Positions 39,001 to 51,528 of a stretch of 64,000 nt of DNA are shown piece after piece. Each line of letters opens with the position of its first letter. Positions within the stretch are counted from its first letter, which is position 1. The translations under genes and the position numbers were made by a program. Below the pieces are notes generated by a model. It saw nothing but the letters and a program-made list of their open reading frames with translations. It did not search any database and was not told the origin of the DNA. The DNA is from Oopsacas minuta (lineage: Eukaryota; Animalia; Porifera). The stretch is taken from assembly GCA_024704765.1 (NCBI GenBank), contig JAKMXF010000323.1, positions 124,001 to 188,000 on the forward strand, read 5' to 3'.

Positions 39001-39308
39001 CAGTAGAACCTCCAAGATCCGGGCAGCATGGGACTGGAGGGTGCCCAGATCTTAGAATTTGCCCGGATCTCGGAAATATCATTAACTCTATGGTAGTTAC
39101 AACCCATAATGTACATATGAGTCCCCCTAGATATTCGAATTCTGTTATAATTTACATAGGGTATACAAACGTAATCCAATATGAAATATAGTAACCGAAG
39201 TAAACGTTAGTATGAGGAGAATTATATGAAATGCTGAAATTCTTTTGGACCGATTTAAAATTAGGGTGCCCGGTTGAGGGAGGTGCCCGTATATTGGAGG
39301 TTCGAATG
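39001..39308. mobile_element. pogo/Tigger-type MITE (308 bp)
   Basis: ta|cagtagaacctccaagatccgggca ... tgcccgtatattggaggttcgaatg|ta. Confidence 0.8.
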
Positions 39309-40055
39309 TATTTGAGAGCTATCATATATGCAGACAATCTATTTGAAGACGGTGAATAAATTCCACAAGAACAGTATACACATTCCGTATACTGAGAAAA
39401 CACATAGTCGTCACTTCTCCTATATTATGAGTTATCTTTTGATATTTAGGATAAAGATCCATGATGCAAGCACATAGTTAGGAATATATAGAAATTAACT
39501 TATTAGCAAAATCGAAACTTCCCTCTAAAGGGCGCTTGAAAATTAATCATCACAAGGCACTTATTCGAGGTAATATGGAATGTACTATTATAGCAATTTC
39601 TACAATGCAGAAATCACCAATCATTTGTCCACAAGTTGCTGTTAGCAGAATATCTACAATTGACAATGGCTCATGATTAATGGTACATATTAATTAAACT
39701 GAAAAAATACAAAACGACTAGATCACTAGAATGATACGCCTATGTGCATAAGTAATTCAAAACAATACAGTCAAAATAGGTTTTGCATACTTGGAGTTTC
39801 TAACCATAATTTCTTGCTCAGATTGCAAAGAATGTTAAATTAACTACATGTTTAAACGGTGTATTCTTCCTATAGGAAAAACCAATAGAAAGTATTTCAA
39901 CTGAAAAACCAGTTTCTACAGTACTTGAAAATGAATCGAGGATAGAAGTACAAAAAGGTTGAAGAATTTGATCAATAATTCTATGGTTCCATAATTTGCT
40001 TAATCATGTATGAACATAAAGAAAGTACAACTTTAACATAAAAACATAGGCTAAC

Positions 40056-40357
40056 CTTTTAACCCTTTCCATGAATTCTTGACGCCAATTTGCATATTCT
40101 AAAGCTACTCTAACGTTCTTTCTACACCAGTATTGACCTTCAATTACTACAGATTCTGAGTGTTCATGTGTTGTGTCTATATCAGGGATAGCAAAGTCCA
40201 AAAAAGGACTGTTTCGACAAAAGCCTTCCGGATTATGTTGAAACTTCATGTGCCAGGATCGCCAGATGATGTTAGAGATTCGGACTCTATCAGAATCGTC
40301 AATTTTCATGTGTTTAAAATGTTTCCACTGAGGATGCCTTAGCTTATCTCTAATCTC
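40056..40357 (-). CDS. MLXIP: Mondo/ChREBP (MLXIP/MLXIPL family) exon encoding MCR2 end, MCR3 and MCR4
   Basis: DKLRHPQWKHFKHMKIDDSDRVRISNIIWRSWHMKF..NSPF..HEHSESVVIEGQYWCRKNVRVALEYANWRQEFMERVKR aligns motif by motif with ChREBP GKLVSPKWKNFKGLKL..DKIRLNNAIWRAWY..SPV..EAVVLEGNYWKRR..EYHKWR. Donor ag|gttagc. The acceptor is at 40357, or at 40349, which gives the phase-2 junction I recall for vertebrates. Confidence 0.93.
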
Positions 40358-42495
40358 CTAACAGATAAATCAGAAAATGAGGAAGGTACACTATGAAAAG
40401 CATTAACTACGCATAAACCAATCTGATTTTCAAAAAACAGTGTACATATATTCCTGACAAAACATTGAGATCTTCAACGAGGCCAAAACCTATCCTTCAA
40501 TTGAAGGTTAATGTAAATACATAATTGAACGCGAAATATGTAAGAAATTAGATGTTAAACCAACATAATGAACAAGATGAACTTCAAGGGGTACTTGCTG
40601 AATGAACTGAGCAAACGAATCAAAGAACTGTATAAACACAAGAAGCAAGGTTTATTGGAGAAAATTTTGGAAAACAGGGTAGATTGGTAGAATTTCGATA
40701 GAAGCTTAATGGGATTGAACAATTAATCATTACAAGATGAATTGACCAATTACTCTGAACTAAACGTGCGCAAATTTGAAATGAACTGAATTACATTGAT
40801 ATTGTTCGTACGAGAACCATTCATTCCAGAACAATTTTTGGATAATGATTGTAATAGTTACGATGACAAATCAATGGCGGATCTAGAGAGATGTATCCCA
40901 ACCAAGATAAAATTTACATGAATCATAGTGATACTGGTAAGTAGTGTCAATAATATGAAATATCGAATCAAAATTAACAACAAAATTTTACGCTAGCTTC
41001 GTTCTTATCATAACATGATTATCTTGGTAGAATACCAATGTCACTATGATCATGTAAATTTGTCTTGTCTGTACACATTTCATATACAAGTTAGAAAAGA
41101 GATATATAAGTACGTTTACTGAATGTAACTTATAGTTTGCATTGTATACACTAAGGAATGTGCTTATTGGTGGAATTGGACCAGCGAAATGTTAAGTCAA
41201 TCATTACACAAATCGTCAGTTAGTAGAGTATTAGTATCTTTAGACCAAAGATTCAATTGAAAAAGTAGGATTATGATCGTGGTCAGATCGAGAATTTTCA
41301 CAAAAAGAATAAGATTGTTCCTAATTCGTAATTTCAATAAAATCCAAAATCTATTAATTTACCCCATCTAAAAAGGGACATTAGAATCATAAGCTCCAAA
41401 GTTCCATTATGGCCGGGCATACCCGCCCATATTCTCTGGATATTTTATGAACTATGTAGAGAATTGGCTACAAAATTGTCACTGAAATAGCTAATTGGTT
41501 ACAAATTATCTCCCAAATACGACAACTTTAAGTATAAATTAAACAACTATTGATGATACACCAATGAATAAATGACCAAGGGTTGATAAGAAATAGCACC
41601 ACATAAATTAGGAATCCATTTCCTTTACATGTTTATTATCCTTGATAACAATTAAAAGGGCGGTGCCATGATCTGGGATACATGGGGCAGGATTTTCAAA
41701 TCCCTGGAAAGCTCCTTGTCTATCATAGGCAGTGGGGGACCTAGGGTGGCAGACCAGGGTTTGGCGGACAGAGGCCAGAATTTTAACACCGGTAAATGTT
41801 ATAGGTCCAAATGGATAATATCTGATAATAAAATGGCATCTTTAGGCCAAAACTCTGTCCTCGGATAATTGGCTCTCAATATCAATCTCATCATTACGTG
41901 ACACGGTATCAAGAAATTCTGAAATTCTTGAAATTCTGAAAAATTGATTTTTATGAACAATAATGAAGAGTCTGATTTAGTCAGAACCATGACTTCAAGA
42001 CATTTGTCACATTAAAGGTACATGTAATAAAAAACTCCTACCATGAATATTGGCTGAGCAGTGTTATTTCCGAAAGTGCAAAAGGGTGATATTAACATCA
42101 TAATTTAGTCATAGGTGGGAATTTTCGTCCAAGACTTGAATTTGTTCGAGTAAGGCTCAAAATACTCGTATATGCCAAAATCAGCCTTGGGTCCTTGAGT
42201 TTCTTCAATCAATTGTAGACATACAAATTTTTGATGCCGTATCTCAGAAGTTTACTTGTATTTTCTCAGATGCAATTAATGTGGGATTTACATATATTCC
42301 CATGTTCCAAATACAATATTGAAGTACAGAAGAATACTCAAACACTTCCATATAATCGCAAAAAAACACTTTGAAATTATGTACAGCCCATGTATGTGTA
42401 AATAAATAGATCCGATTTCCCATGATAATGACTTATCCATAGCACCAGCTGCTCAAAGGGTCCAGGCACCACCATATTTGTCCCTTACTGGCGCT

Positions 42496-42789
42496 CAGCC
42501 TGTCTATAACGGCCAGTTCTTTTATAATAAGGTCACTTTATAGAGTGGTCGCTTCCCATAAGGTCTACCTTTGACAAGTCTCTTGGGAGGCCATCATTAA
42601 CTACTTCCACAATTTGATCTGATATATCGGTCAATTGTCTTAAAAGCCAACTTCTCTAAATTACTACCATTGACATAAAAGTACTACCACACTAATGTAT
42701 AACGGTCAACCTCTCTATAGCAGCAGAACTGTAAATAACAACCACTTTTGGCCAGTCCCTTCGGTGGCCGTTATAGACAAGGTTGACTG
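42496..42789. mobile_element. pogo/Tigger-type MITE (about 295 bp)
   Basis: Right TIR tggccgttatagacaaggttgactg|ta. The left TIR core ctgtctataacggcca is present, but its outer end is degenerate. Confidence 0.7.
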
Positions 42790-43299
42790 TATATATATTT
42801 CTTACTGATAGGAATTCACTAGAGAATCATTAATCAAAGCAACGAAAGACTGTTGATGCATATCAGATTCCAAATAATCCCGAATAACTTTAGGTTACTC
42901 ATGTGGACTACCATCATGTGAATGGAGAGCTAATCTCGTTATATGTGGTTTGTTTGCATGGAGATCATAATCAAATAGACGTTAGCAAGCTTTAGTTGCA
43001 CATACATATCTAGCTTCCAAGGAATGGCAATCTCCTCTACATCTACTTCCTTCTTGCCATTGTCAGTATTTCTCATGCATGAAATCTACAATGGCCTATC
43101 GTGACCCTAGTGCAAGTACTTGTACAGATATTTTAACGCATTAACCGTAATACAGATCTCAAGATCAATATGAACATTGTATTTCAGAAGGAAGTTATCG
43201 GTTGTCTACTTGAGAACAACATAATTTAACATCAGGATTATAATAAATACGCATGTAAACTGGGTATTCACAGCAGTAGTAAATTCGGGAATTGTTTCT

Positions 43300-43690
43300 A
43301 CATTTTCCATTACTTTTCAGGGTTAGCAATTTTTGAACATAGTATTTGATCAAAATCAGATGGTTCTCTATGTCTATAGTCTTCTGTTAAATCACCAAGG
43401 TATGTGCAGGAAGGAGGCCACGTTTTTGAAATTCAATAGTGTATGCATATGCTTTAGGCACCCCCTAGTACGTGAATTGTGCTAATATCGTCAATAAATT
43501 CACGTGATTTCATTAAGAATACCCAAACTAGCAAATCAGGACAATCTGTCGGTGTTTGATTTAGTATAAGAGCAGGTGATATCTCTTCGCAATCTGGATT
43601 ACATGTAAATGTAATGAAAATTTCACGCTTACCGTATTGTCTGACTATGGGCATGCAGTCCTGATACAATTCAACATCTGTCTAAGACTA
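43300..43690 (-). mobile_element. Helitron Rep (HUH) domain fragment
   Basis: YQDCMPIVRQYGKREIFITFTCNP..PDLLVWVF followed by TIEFQKRGLLPAH; this is the Helitron Rep motif region. Confidence 0.85.
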
Positions 43691-44069
43691 CCTGAGAAGG
43701 AGAAAGGAAATATTAATCTTGTACCAAATTACCACCCATTTTCTATTTTTCTGAAGGGAACCAAAGAACATACTGGAAATAATCATAAGCACAGTTGCAC
43801 TCTGTGATACTCTTTGTACCGTAACTACTTTGTGTGGGCCCTCCCTGGATGGTGGGATAGCGGGGGGGCGGTAGTTATGTCCCTGGATACGTGACAAACC
43901 CCTGTACGTGCATGCAGCACAATATTTCGGGTAGCTACCCCTTCTGTATACGCGTCGCCATGAGCTGTAGGAGGATTATATGGTTTAGAATCTGAACTCC
44001 ATCAGCTTTGATCTCCATAACCATTAATCATATTTATATTGTTTGAAAAAGGAAAATAAAGGTTAATCT

Positions 44070-46915
44070 CACGGAGCATATCTTGACGCCTTCTCAATTC
44101 TGGGAGATATGCCACTCCGAGAGGTCGCTAACGGTCTCTATGCTAATTCTCGAACAATTGAATATCAAATCTATAAGATAGTGAGTCGTTAGAAATTATC
44201 ATCGAGGGTTACATTGTTTTCAATTGCACCATGGAATGAGATGAGAACAAGTGGCACACGATGACAAAGATTGATAATTATGTATCAAAGAAGTAGCTAC
44301 CAGGCAAAATGATTCTGTAGTGGGAATTTCAAATGTAGAAAAGGAATCTGAAATCAAAATTGAAATATCTCATATTTGTCGCGTAAAATACACACGAAAT
44401 CGCATAACCCCAACAATTTCCAACACTAAGATGTCAATAAAAATAGTGAGGCATGTTTTGCTATAGGAGATAAGTGGCAAATTTTGGAAAATTAGCCTGG
44501 TAAACATAAAACCTAACAGTAAGTCACAAAAGTTGAATATTGCATTTGTCAACTCAAAGTGAATAAATGAAATGAGCTATAGATCCCTTTATACAAAATG
44601 TCAAGGTTTGTCATTCAAAGTTTGGCTAATTGTTAGTTACGCTAGAGAACATGGATTAATATCTATTTATATAAGAGGTTTTGCTTTCAATGTATCATGA
44701 TTTATCAGTTTCAGAACGGGGCAGCTTTATCATGCATTCCTGATTACACAATTGTAATTAGAGACAAACCAAATTAGGTATAATATATATACTTTCAATA
44801 CTGACAATATTTATGAATATTCATTATAACTAAACATCGATAAAGTTATGGTAAAATCATACTAGCCAATTTATACTCTATACCCGACTTCCTATAACCT
44901 TGTAATACATTTTAATTTGAAAAATTGAAGTGTATTGCGGAATCAGAAGAATGACCACATATGGGCATCATGACATTGGTGCGAGATATCATATCAAAAT
45001 GTATTGCAAGGGTATGGGAAGTTGGGTAAATAGTATAGATTGATTATTCTGATTTTCGATAATTATCATGATTCTCGAGTTATAATTGAATATTCATTAC
45101 AATTCGCCATCCATGGTCTCTACCTTCACTCATTAACGAGCCAACTTTTCAATGACAATTTTTTGACATTTCGTAATAAATGATCTCTAAATCATTTAAT
45201 TTATACACTTTGACTAAGCACATTCGAAATTAAATTTGATGCCATTCCCATTATTTGATTTGGTTAAAAATTATAGACAAATGGAAGGAAGATATGGGGA
45301 CGTTTATGAATACAGAAAAAAATTTTAAACATGCAAATATTTCTCACAATTATTTTGAGCATCACAAAAACAGATTATGGACATTATTATCAAATTGAAA
45401 TTTCAACTAATTGTACATGTTTCTCTGAAAAATGCAAATGTGTTGTTACAAAATTTGGTATAATAATGGTGACATACTTGTGAGATATACTTATCAAAGT
45501 GTGACAAATTTTGAGTGCCGAAATCTGCTCTTAGACTATATCTCATATAAATTATTTGGTAGGCCAAAAAGATCAAGAATGAGTTATATTCAAAAATTGA
45601 TTATTATGATTGTATTCAATTCTGCGTTCAGAATTATTACATCAAACCTAATTATTCATCAGCGATCAATTATCCTAAACAAATAACCCTAGGAATAACC
45701 ATTTCACGAAATCACAATTTTATACGAATATGTAATAACAAAAATGTTTAGCCGACAGGCTGGTATTGCAGCTAGAGCCTCTGGATCATGTTTCTACCAG
45801 TCAACTATATCATTAGTCGTTTAATTATGAACGCCGATATAGAATCCAAATTTACAATGGCATAAAATCCTAGAGTACATAAGATTTAAAAAAATTCATA
45901 GAATTCAAAGTATAAATAAAAGCCATTAATTACCAAATGAAGTTAAATGCGATTAATTAAATGAATGATAGTTCCAGTAGATAAAGAATGTGCCTAAGTA
46001 AGCAAGAAAATAAAGTAAAATTGATAATTCATTTTCATTAATGAAATTTGCTAAATTAAGAGTTGTAATATGTTTAACTTTAATTGGTAGAACAAACGCA
46101 AAATACTTGAATGTCTACCTAATTATTTCATGGTATGCTACCTCTTTGCTCTTGGGATGATATTATTCTAAATAGTGAGTCTTAGCTATGAGTAGGCATA
46201 AATAACACTTCAAATAATTGCAATGCATAGGTCGAGAAGTAAAATAGTCAAACACAGCATATTTACATCCCTAAGTAATATAGGATAAATTGCATTTATA
46301 GCTATAATAAAGAAGAGATCCATTCAAATGAATTAGAGCTATCATTTACCTTATATTCCTGTGATTCCGGGATGTTGTATTCTCAGTCTTCCATATAAGG
46401 TTACAGCATTATAAGAAGAACTACTGTAATCATATAATTCCAAAGATAACAACTTTAATAATAATGGGAACCTTAAGCCAAATGTTTGAAGTTTAGCCAG
46501 GAAATTTTCATTTAACTAATAGAAACATAAACGAATACATTGGTAAGTCAAAAATGAGCATGGTCAAAACGTGGGGTTAAGACAACGAATTATTTTCTAT
46601 AGTTCTACTTTCAAACAAATATACATCTGAGTCATAATCACACAAATGTTAAATGGATACATGTATGTATCTTTTCAGAAAAGTTATTAGTATAGTGGAA
46701 ATACAGAGTAGCCCTACATCAAATTAAATTAGAATATAATACCTACTTACTACGATAAAATTCATGAAAAGACAGGAAAATGAGGAGGTTGATAAATATT
46801 TCAATTGAATTTTCAAAATTTAACTAAGAGCGATTAGGAATAAGGGCGGAGTGAGAAAAATCATTATATTAGTATGCGACGGAACGTTTATTCGAACTCC
46901 TAGAGTAATTGATTT
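44070..46915 (+). CDS. scattered candidate exons of an unidentified gene (about 44080-44182, 44321-44445, 44467-44518, 46829-46915)
   Basis: Consensus donors gtgagt, gtaagt and gtaaga close open frames AYLDAFSILGDMPLREVANGLYANSRTIEYQIYKI, VGISNVEKESEIKIEISHICRVKY.., EISGKFWKISLVNIKPN and RAIRNKGGVRKIIILVCDGTFIRTPRVIDL. The chain is unresolved. Confidence 0.3.
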
Positions 46916-48345
46916 GTAAGAAACATTATCCAGATGCCCGAGCTGCAGCACTAGCCTGTCGATAGACAATTTTTGTTACTAGATATATGTTTGAAAGAGT
47001 AATGATTTCGTTGGAAAGATTATGAATAGGATCACTAATTTTAGGAGAATTGAAAGCGGGGATATAGGATAGGTTACGAAAGTATTCTGAAAGCTAAACT
47101 GATAAAATCATAACAATTAACATTACAACATAACCCATTGAAGAGTTAATTGGCTACAACATAATTATATATGGAAAATAGTCTAGCTAATATCAGAATT
47201 CGAAACTCAAAATTAGTCACTAGTTAAAAAAGTATTTCCTAGAAGAAAGTCAACAATATTATACCAGATTTTGAAACAATAAACAAACAATTATTAGAGA
47301 AACATGTGTAATTAGTCGAAATTTCAATTTCAAAAATAATGAAAGTAACAAGGTTTTGAGATGTTAAATTATTTTGAAAGCTAAAAATATTTTTAGATAT
47401 TCCTAACTTCTATATGTCATCTATTTTGTCCTGCAAATATTGAATAAAAAATAATTGGATTGCATAAATTTAGCTTTCAAGTGTGCTCAATCGAATCCTG
47501 CTCAAACATTGCATTCGTGTAGCAATGAGTCATTCCACCTCTTCATAAACTCACTCAACAAACTCCTTGCTCAAGTGGGTCAAGATTAGAGGGTATAACA
47601 AGTAGTTCAAAATTAATGTATTCGTGAATTCGTCCAATGGTGCGCTGATTAGTTTGCTGTGTCAAAAGATAATAGAAAGGGAAGATGTGAAAAACACAAG
47701 CATACAACAAAGAGCCTGCATATCCAACGAAGTTAAGCTAAGGACGGCATCGCTATAAGTTAATCAGATTTTTTTAAATATTGCACGATCGAAATTGGTT
47801 AACAAAGCAAGTATATTTAACCAAGAATTCTGGAGCCCTGCAATACTCCGAATTAAATTCTATGTTGAATCAATTCGAATGAATTTCAATATTAGCATTT
47901 GTTCAAATTAATTTTGATATACATAAACCCAGAAAATCGAGAAATAGTCAACTCGTAAAAGTTAGTTACTCAACATAGCTCCTAAATAAATACCCCCACC
48001 AATGCGTTGCACAAGCGTATATGAAGACATTATCAGGTTGTCATTGATTGTAATTACATTTGTTAGTGGATAAGAGGTCTTAGATATTCGCCCAGGGGAT
48101 TTTACACACTATTCAAGTTGCTGTCCAGCGTAGTAATCATGGATATAGAGCAGGGCGCACAAATTCCTACATGGGAATAACTAAAATCAACATTGTCTCA
48201 AATATTTAACTCAAGAACACATGCCGACATAAATAATGTTAGAATTAATATATGTTGCAGTGCAAGTACGAATTTGGATTATTCGCGAATTTTCTAGTGT
48301 ATTCACGATTACACCAATGTTTCTGTAAACCGCGTATACACTGTA

Positions 48346-49707
48346 CACTAAGCAGAGAAAAGTATTTCAACAACAATATATTATAGTCCCATCATGAAAT
48401 ATATTCGGTATTTTACGTAGTTGATGCCTACTTACTATTTCAATATTTATTCCTACTAACAGTTTGTCCAAATGTTCTGTAGTTAAATTAATTATTTCAA
48501 CTATAATATTTAGAAATATTTTATTCGATGCCAAGGAAGAAGGAAATCACTCTTTCTTTGAGAGACCAGGCAGTAGGTCTGTTTCGAGCTAAGAAGTCAA
48601 ACAGACAAATTGCAACTATCCTTAATATACACTAGTCTACAATATACTATATAATAAAGAAGTCTCGGAAGACAGGATCAACAACCAACATAACAAAGAC
48701 TGGACGGCCAAAGTCGCTCTCATTTTGTTCCGCCCGTCATATAAAATCAATTGTCAAAAAACATCGCACTACTTTTCTAAGAGGTATCACAGAAATTTTC
48801 AATACTGGCAAAAAGTTCTCGGTTTCCGAAAAGACTGTGAGCCGTCGTCTTCACAACCAGGGGTTCTATGCTAGAAGACCTTGCAAAAAACCTTTCATAT
48901 CAGCGAGAAACAGGAGAAAAAGGTCAGATTATTATAGAAACTGCAGATTATGGAAAATCAATGATTGGAAAAAACTTATTTTTTCTGATGAGTCAAAATT
49001 TAACCTTTTCACCTTTGACGGACGAGCGAAAGTTTGTAGGCAAGCGCATGAAAGGTACCTCCCAGAATGCACGCAAAAACTATCAAAGGGTTTGGAGAGT
49101 CAGTTATGTTTCGGGGTATATTACATATGATAGAATGGGGCCATTTATTGAAATTCGTGGGAATTTAAATGGTCAAGAGTATATTTCTCAATTTTAGATC
49201 CGTTTCGAGGATTTTGGAGGAAATTCAAGAAGAAGAACAAAGCAGCAGTATTCATGCAGGACAATGCTCTCCGCCATACTTCGAAAATAGTCGAAAAGTG
49301 GTTTGGGTCGAACAAAGTCAGAAAGATACTGTGGCCTCCGCAGTCACCAGACCAGAATCCCATCGAAAGTATATGGGACATATTACTAAGGACAATAAGA
49401 AATCGAAAGAAACAACCAACCTCGTTAACGGAATTACGGGAAGCACTAAAAGACGGGTGGCTAAATTTCCGATAAAAGAAATAAGAAAGTTGTACGATGG
49501 ACTTCCAAACAGAATTGACCAAATAAAGCAAGTGAAAGGAAACGCAACTAAGTATTAGGCCTCGGAACAGTGAGACACGTTTTATGCATTCAATACATAA
49601 TTTTATATCACATAATATTATTATATTAGTCTAAGAACTAATACCATACTACGTATTAACAATTTATGAAATTTTCAGTGTGTTGAAATACTTTTGCCCA
49701 CTTAGTG
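48346..49707 (+). mobile_element. Tc1 (DD34E) transposon, full-length, frameshifted (1362 bp)
   Basis: TIRs cactaagcagagaaaagtatttcaaca / tgttgaaatacttttgcccacttagtg with TA duplication. LIFSDESKFNLF and QDNALRH..SPDQNPIE with spacing 34. Confidence 0.95.
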
Positions 49708-50305
49708 TAGGTTCTAATCCATTATAAAATAACACGTGAGAGGATAAATTAGTATCAAATACAGTTCATCTGCTTATCGCATTGAAATTTGGCAATTATT
49801 TCCGATCTAGATAATTCTTACAATCCAGTTTCTTACCATTCATTATATTATTGGCATGTTATTCGCTATCTTCCTACAATGGTGTGTTGAGCAAAATTAG
49901 AGGGCTCAAAAGGACTTATCAAATTATTCGCCAGGCCCCTAATAATAAATAACGTGCTAAGTAGGTACCTGTAGCTAGGATCTACAGAGGGATGATGTAC
50001 GCATATATATTTAAACATCTTTCACATTGTTTAATCTTTCCATATCTACTGTAAGTAGTTTAGAGTTTGGATATAGCAAAGATATTCAAATAAATATATT
50101 CAATGAATCTTGTCCACAATCATTCCAGATAATTTTTACATAGCCTAGTTTAGGAAGATAATCATCATTCTTCGTAGAGCAGAACGGCAGAAAATTACTT
50201 GGAAAGTAAATAATGATCAGGGAGCTGGCGAATAAATAGAGAACCTTAGGGGCCTCTAAGTTAGCTTAGCACAGTAGGAAAGAAGGAATGGCGGAAGCTT
50301 CGTCA

Positions 50306-50893
50306 GGAAATTTCGTATTCGGAAATTTGGCTTGAAAAACTGGTATCTGGAATTTTCGTAGCTCTCTACCTTGTAGTATATAGCTCTTATACAACATTAT
50401 CTAGCTTCTTTTTCGTTTTCAATAAGACAAAGAAAAATATGTATTCCGCAAAAATTCGAATAAACAATTCATGGAGGCAAATTCCAAAACAAAAACACCT
50501 AGACCCTTACAGTTGACTTTACCATCAATAAGACAGTTCGAAACTTAGCTATCAACTTCTCCAATACAAAAACACATATCTCCCACTTGACCATTATATA
50601 ACTAATAGGAACAAAACATTAATCAGAATCTAGTATAGTATTAACATCCCCGAACAACTCTTCATATAACCTTTTTGTTAGCTAATCTAAGAAATTCCGT
50701 GATGATCCCGCCCTTCTACCACCATTTTTGTAAACTTTCTATCTTTTATATTGATCTTTTACAACATCACCCATCTTCCATTTTTTGTAAAAACAAAGAA
50801 ACACTACTAAAACCGCTAAGGATACGAAATTCAGGATACAAAAATCTGAATACGAAAAATTCAAGAGAGCAAATTTCCGGATACGAAATCTCC
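50306..50893. mobile_element. foldback/MITE-like element with internally repetitive inverted arms
   Basis: Left arm ggaaatttcgtattcggaaatttg is the near reverse complement of right arm caaatttccggatacgaaatctcc. The tacgaaa motif recurs several times in the right arm and inverted in the left. Confidence 0.6.
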
Positions 50894-50929
50894 AGAAACA
50901 AAAGTTCGGTATACCGGGAAGAAAGGCCA

Positions 50930-51381
50930 GGGATGGTACCAGCATTGCCGTTAACAGTACACGGAAATTGTACACATTAACGAAATTTTCATGTCGTCAA
51001 GTGTCATCATACAAAATACAGTGAAAAATGAAATTATTACGGGTTTTGTTCAATGAAATGTATAAATTTTACGGTACTCTAGACAAATATTATAAATCTG
51101 TGTTCCATAGTTTGAATGGTATTCAATAAAAGTGTCAATAGCCTTAGTACAGTACAAGTTGATCCCTTTTACGAAGTTGCTGTAATCAATTTTGTTGCAA
51201 TAATAATTAGAATGCAAAAGCAGTACTCTTCAGTTAACAGTTGAAAACATAAAAAATAACGTTTGTTTTTCAAATCTTACAGTCACTGCAAATATTGCTG
51301 TTGACGATGCCGTTAGCAGCCAATGAGTTGCCGTTACCAGCTAATGATAACAACTGCCGTTAAAAGCATTTTCACCACCCT
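50930..51381. repeat. segment with four tgccgtta direct repeats, probably subterminal repeats of a non-autonomous element
   Basis: tgccgtta at 50946, 51308, 51329 and 51355. Confidence 0.5.
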
Positions 51382-51528
51382 TGATATTGATTACTACTAA
51401 TTGTATAAAAAAGTCAAAGACTCAAAATGTCCCAATTTATTGAATTTTCAAAAATTGAGTACTCTACTATTGAAAATTGGTTAAATCAGCAGCGCTGTAA
51501 CTACTTCTTTGTATCCTTCTCAAATCTA

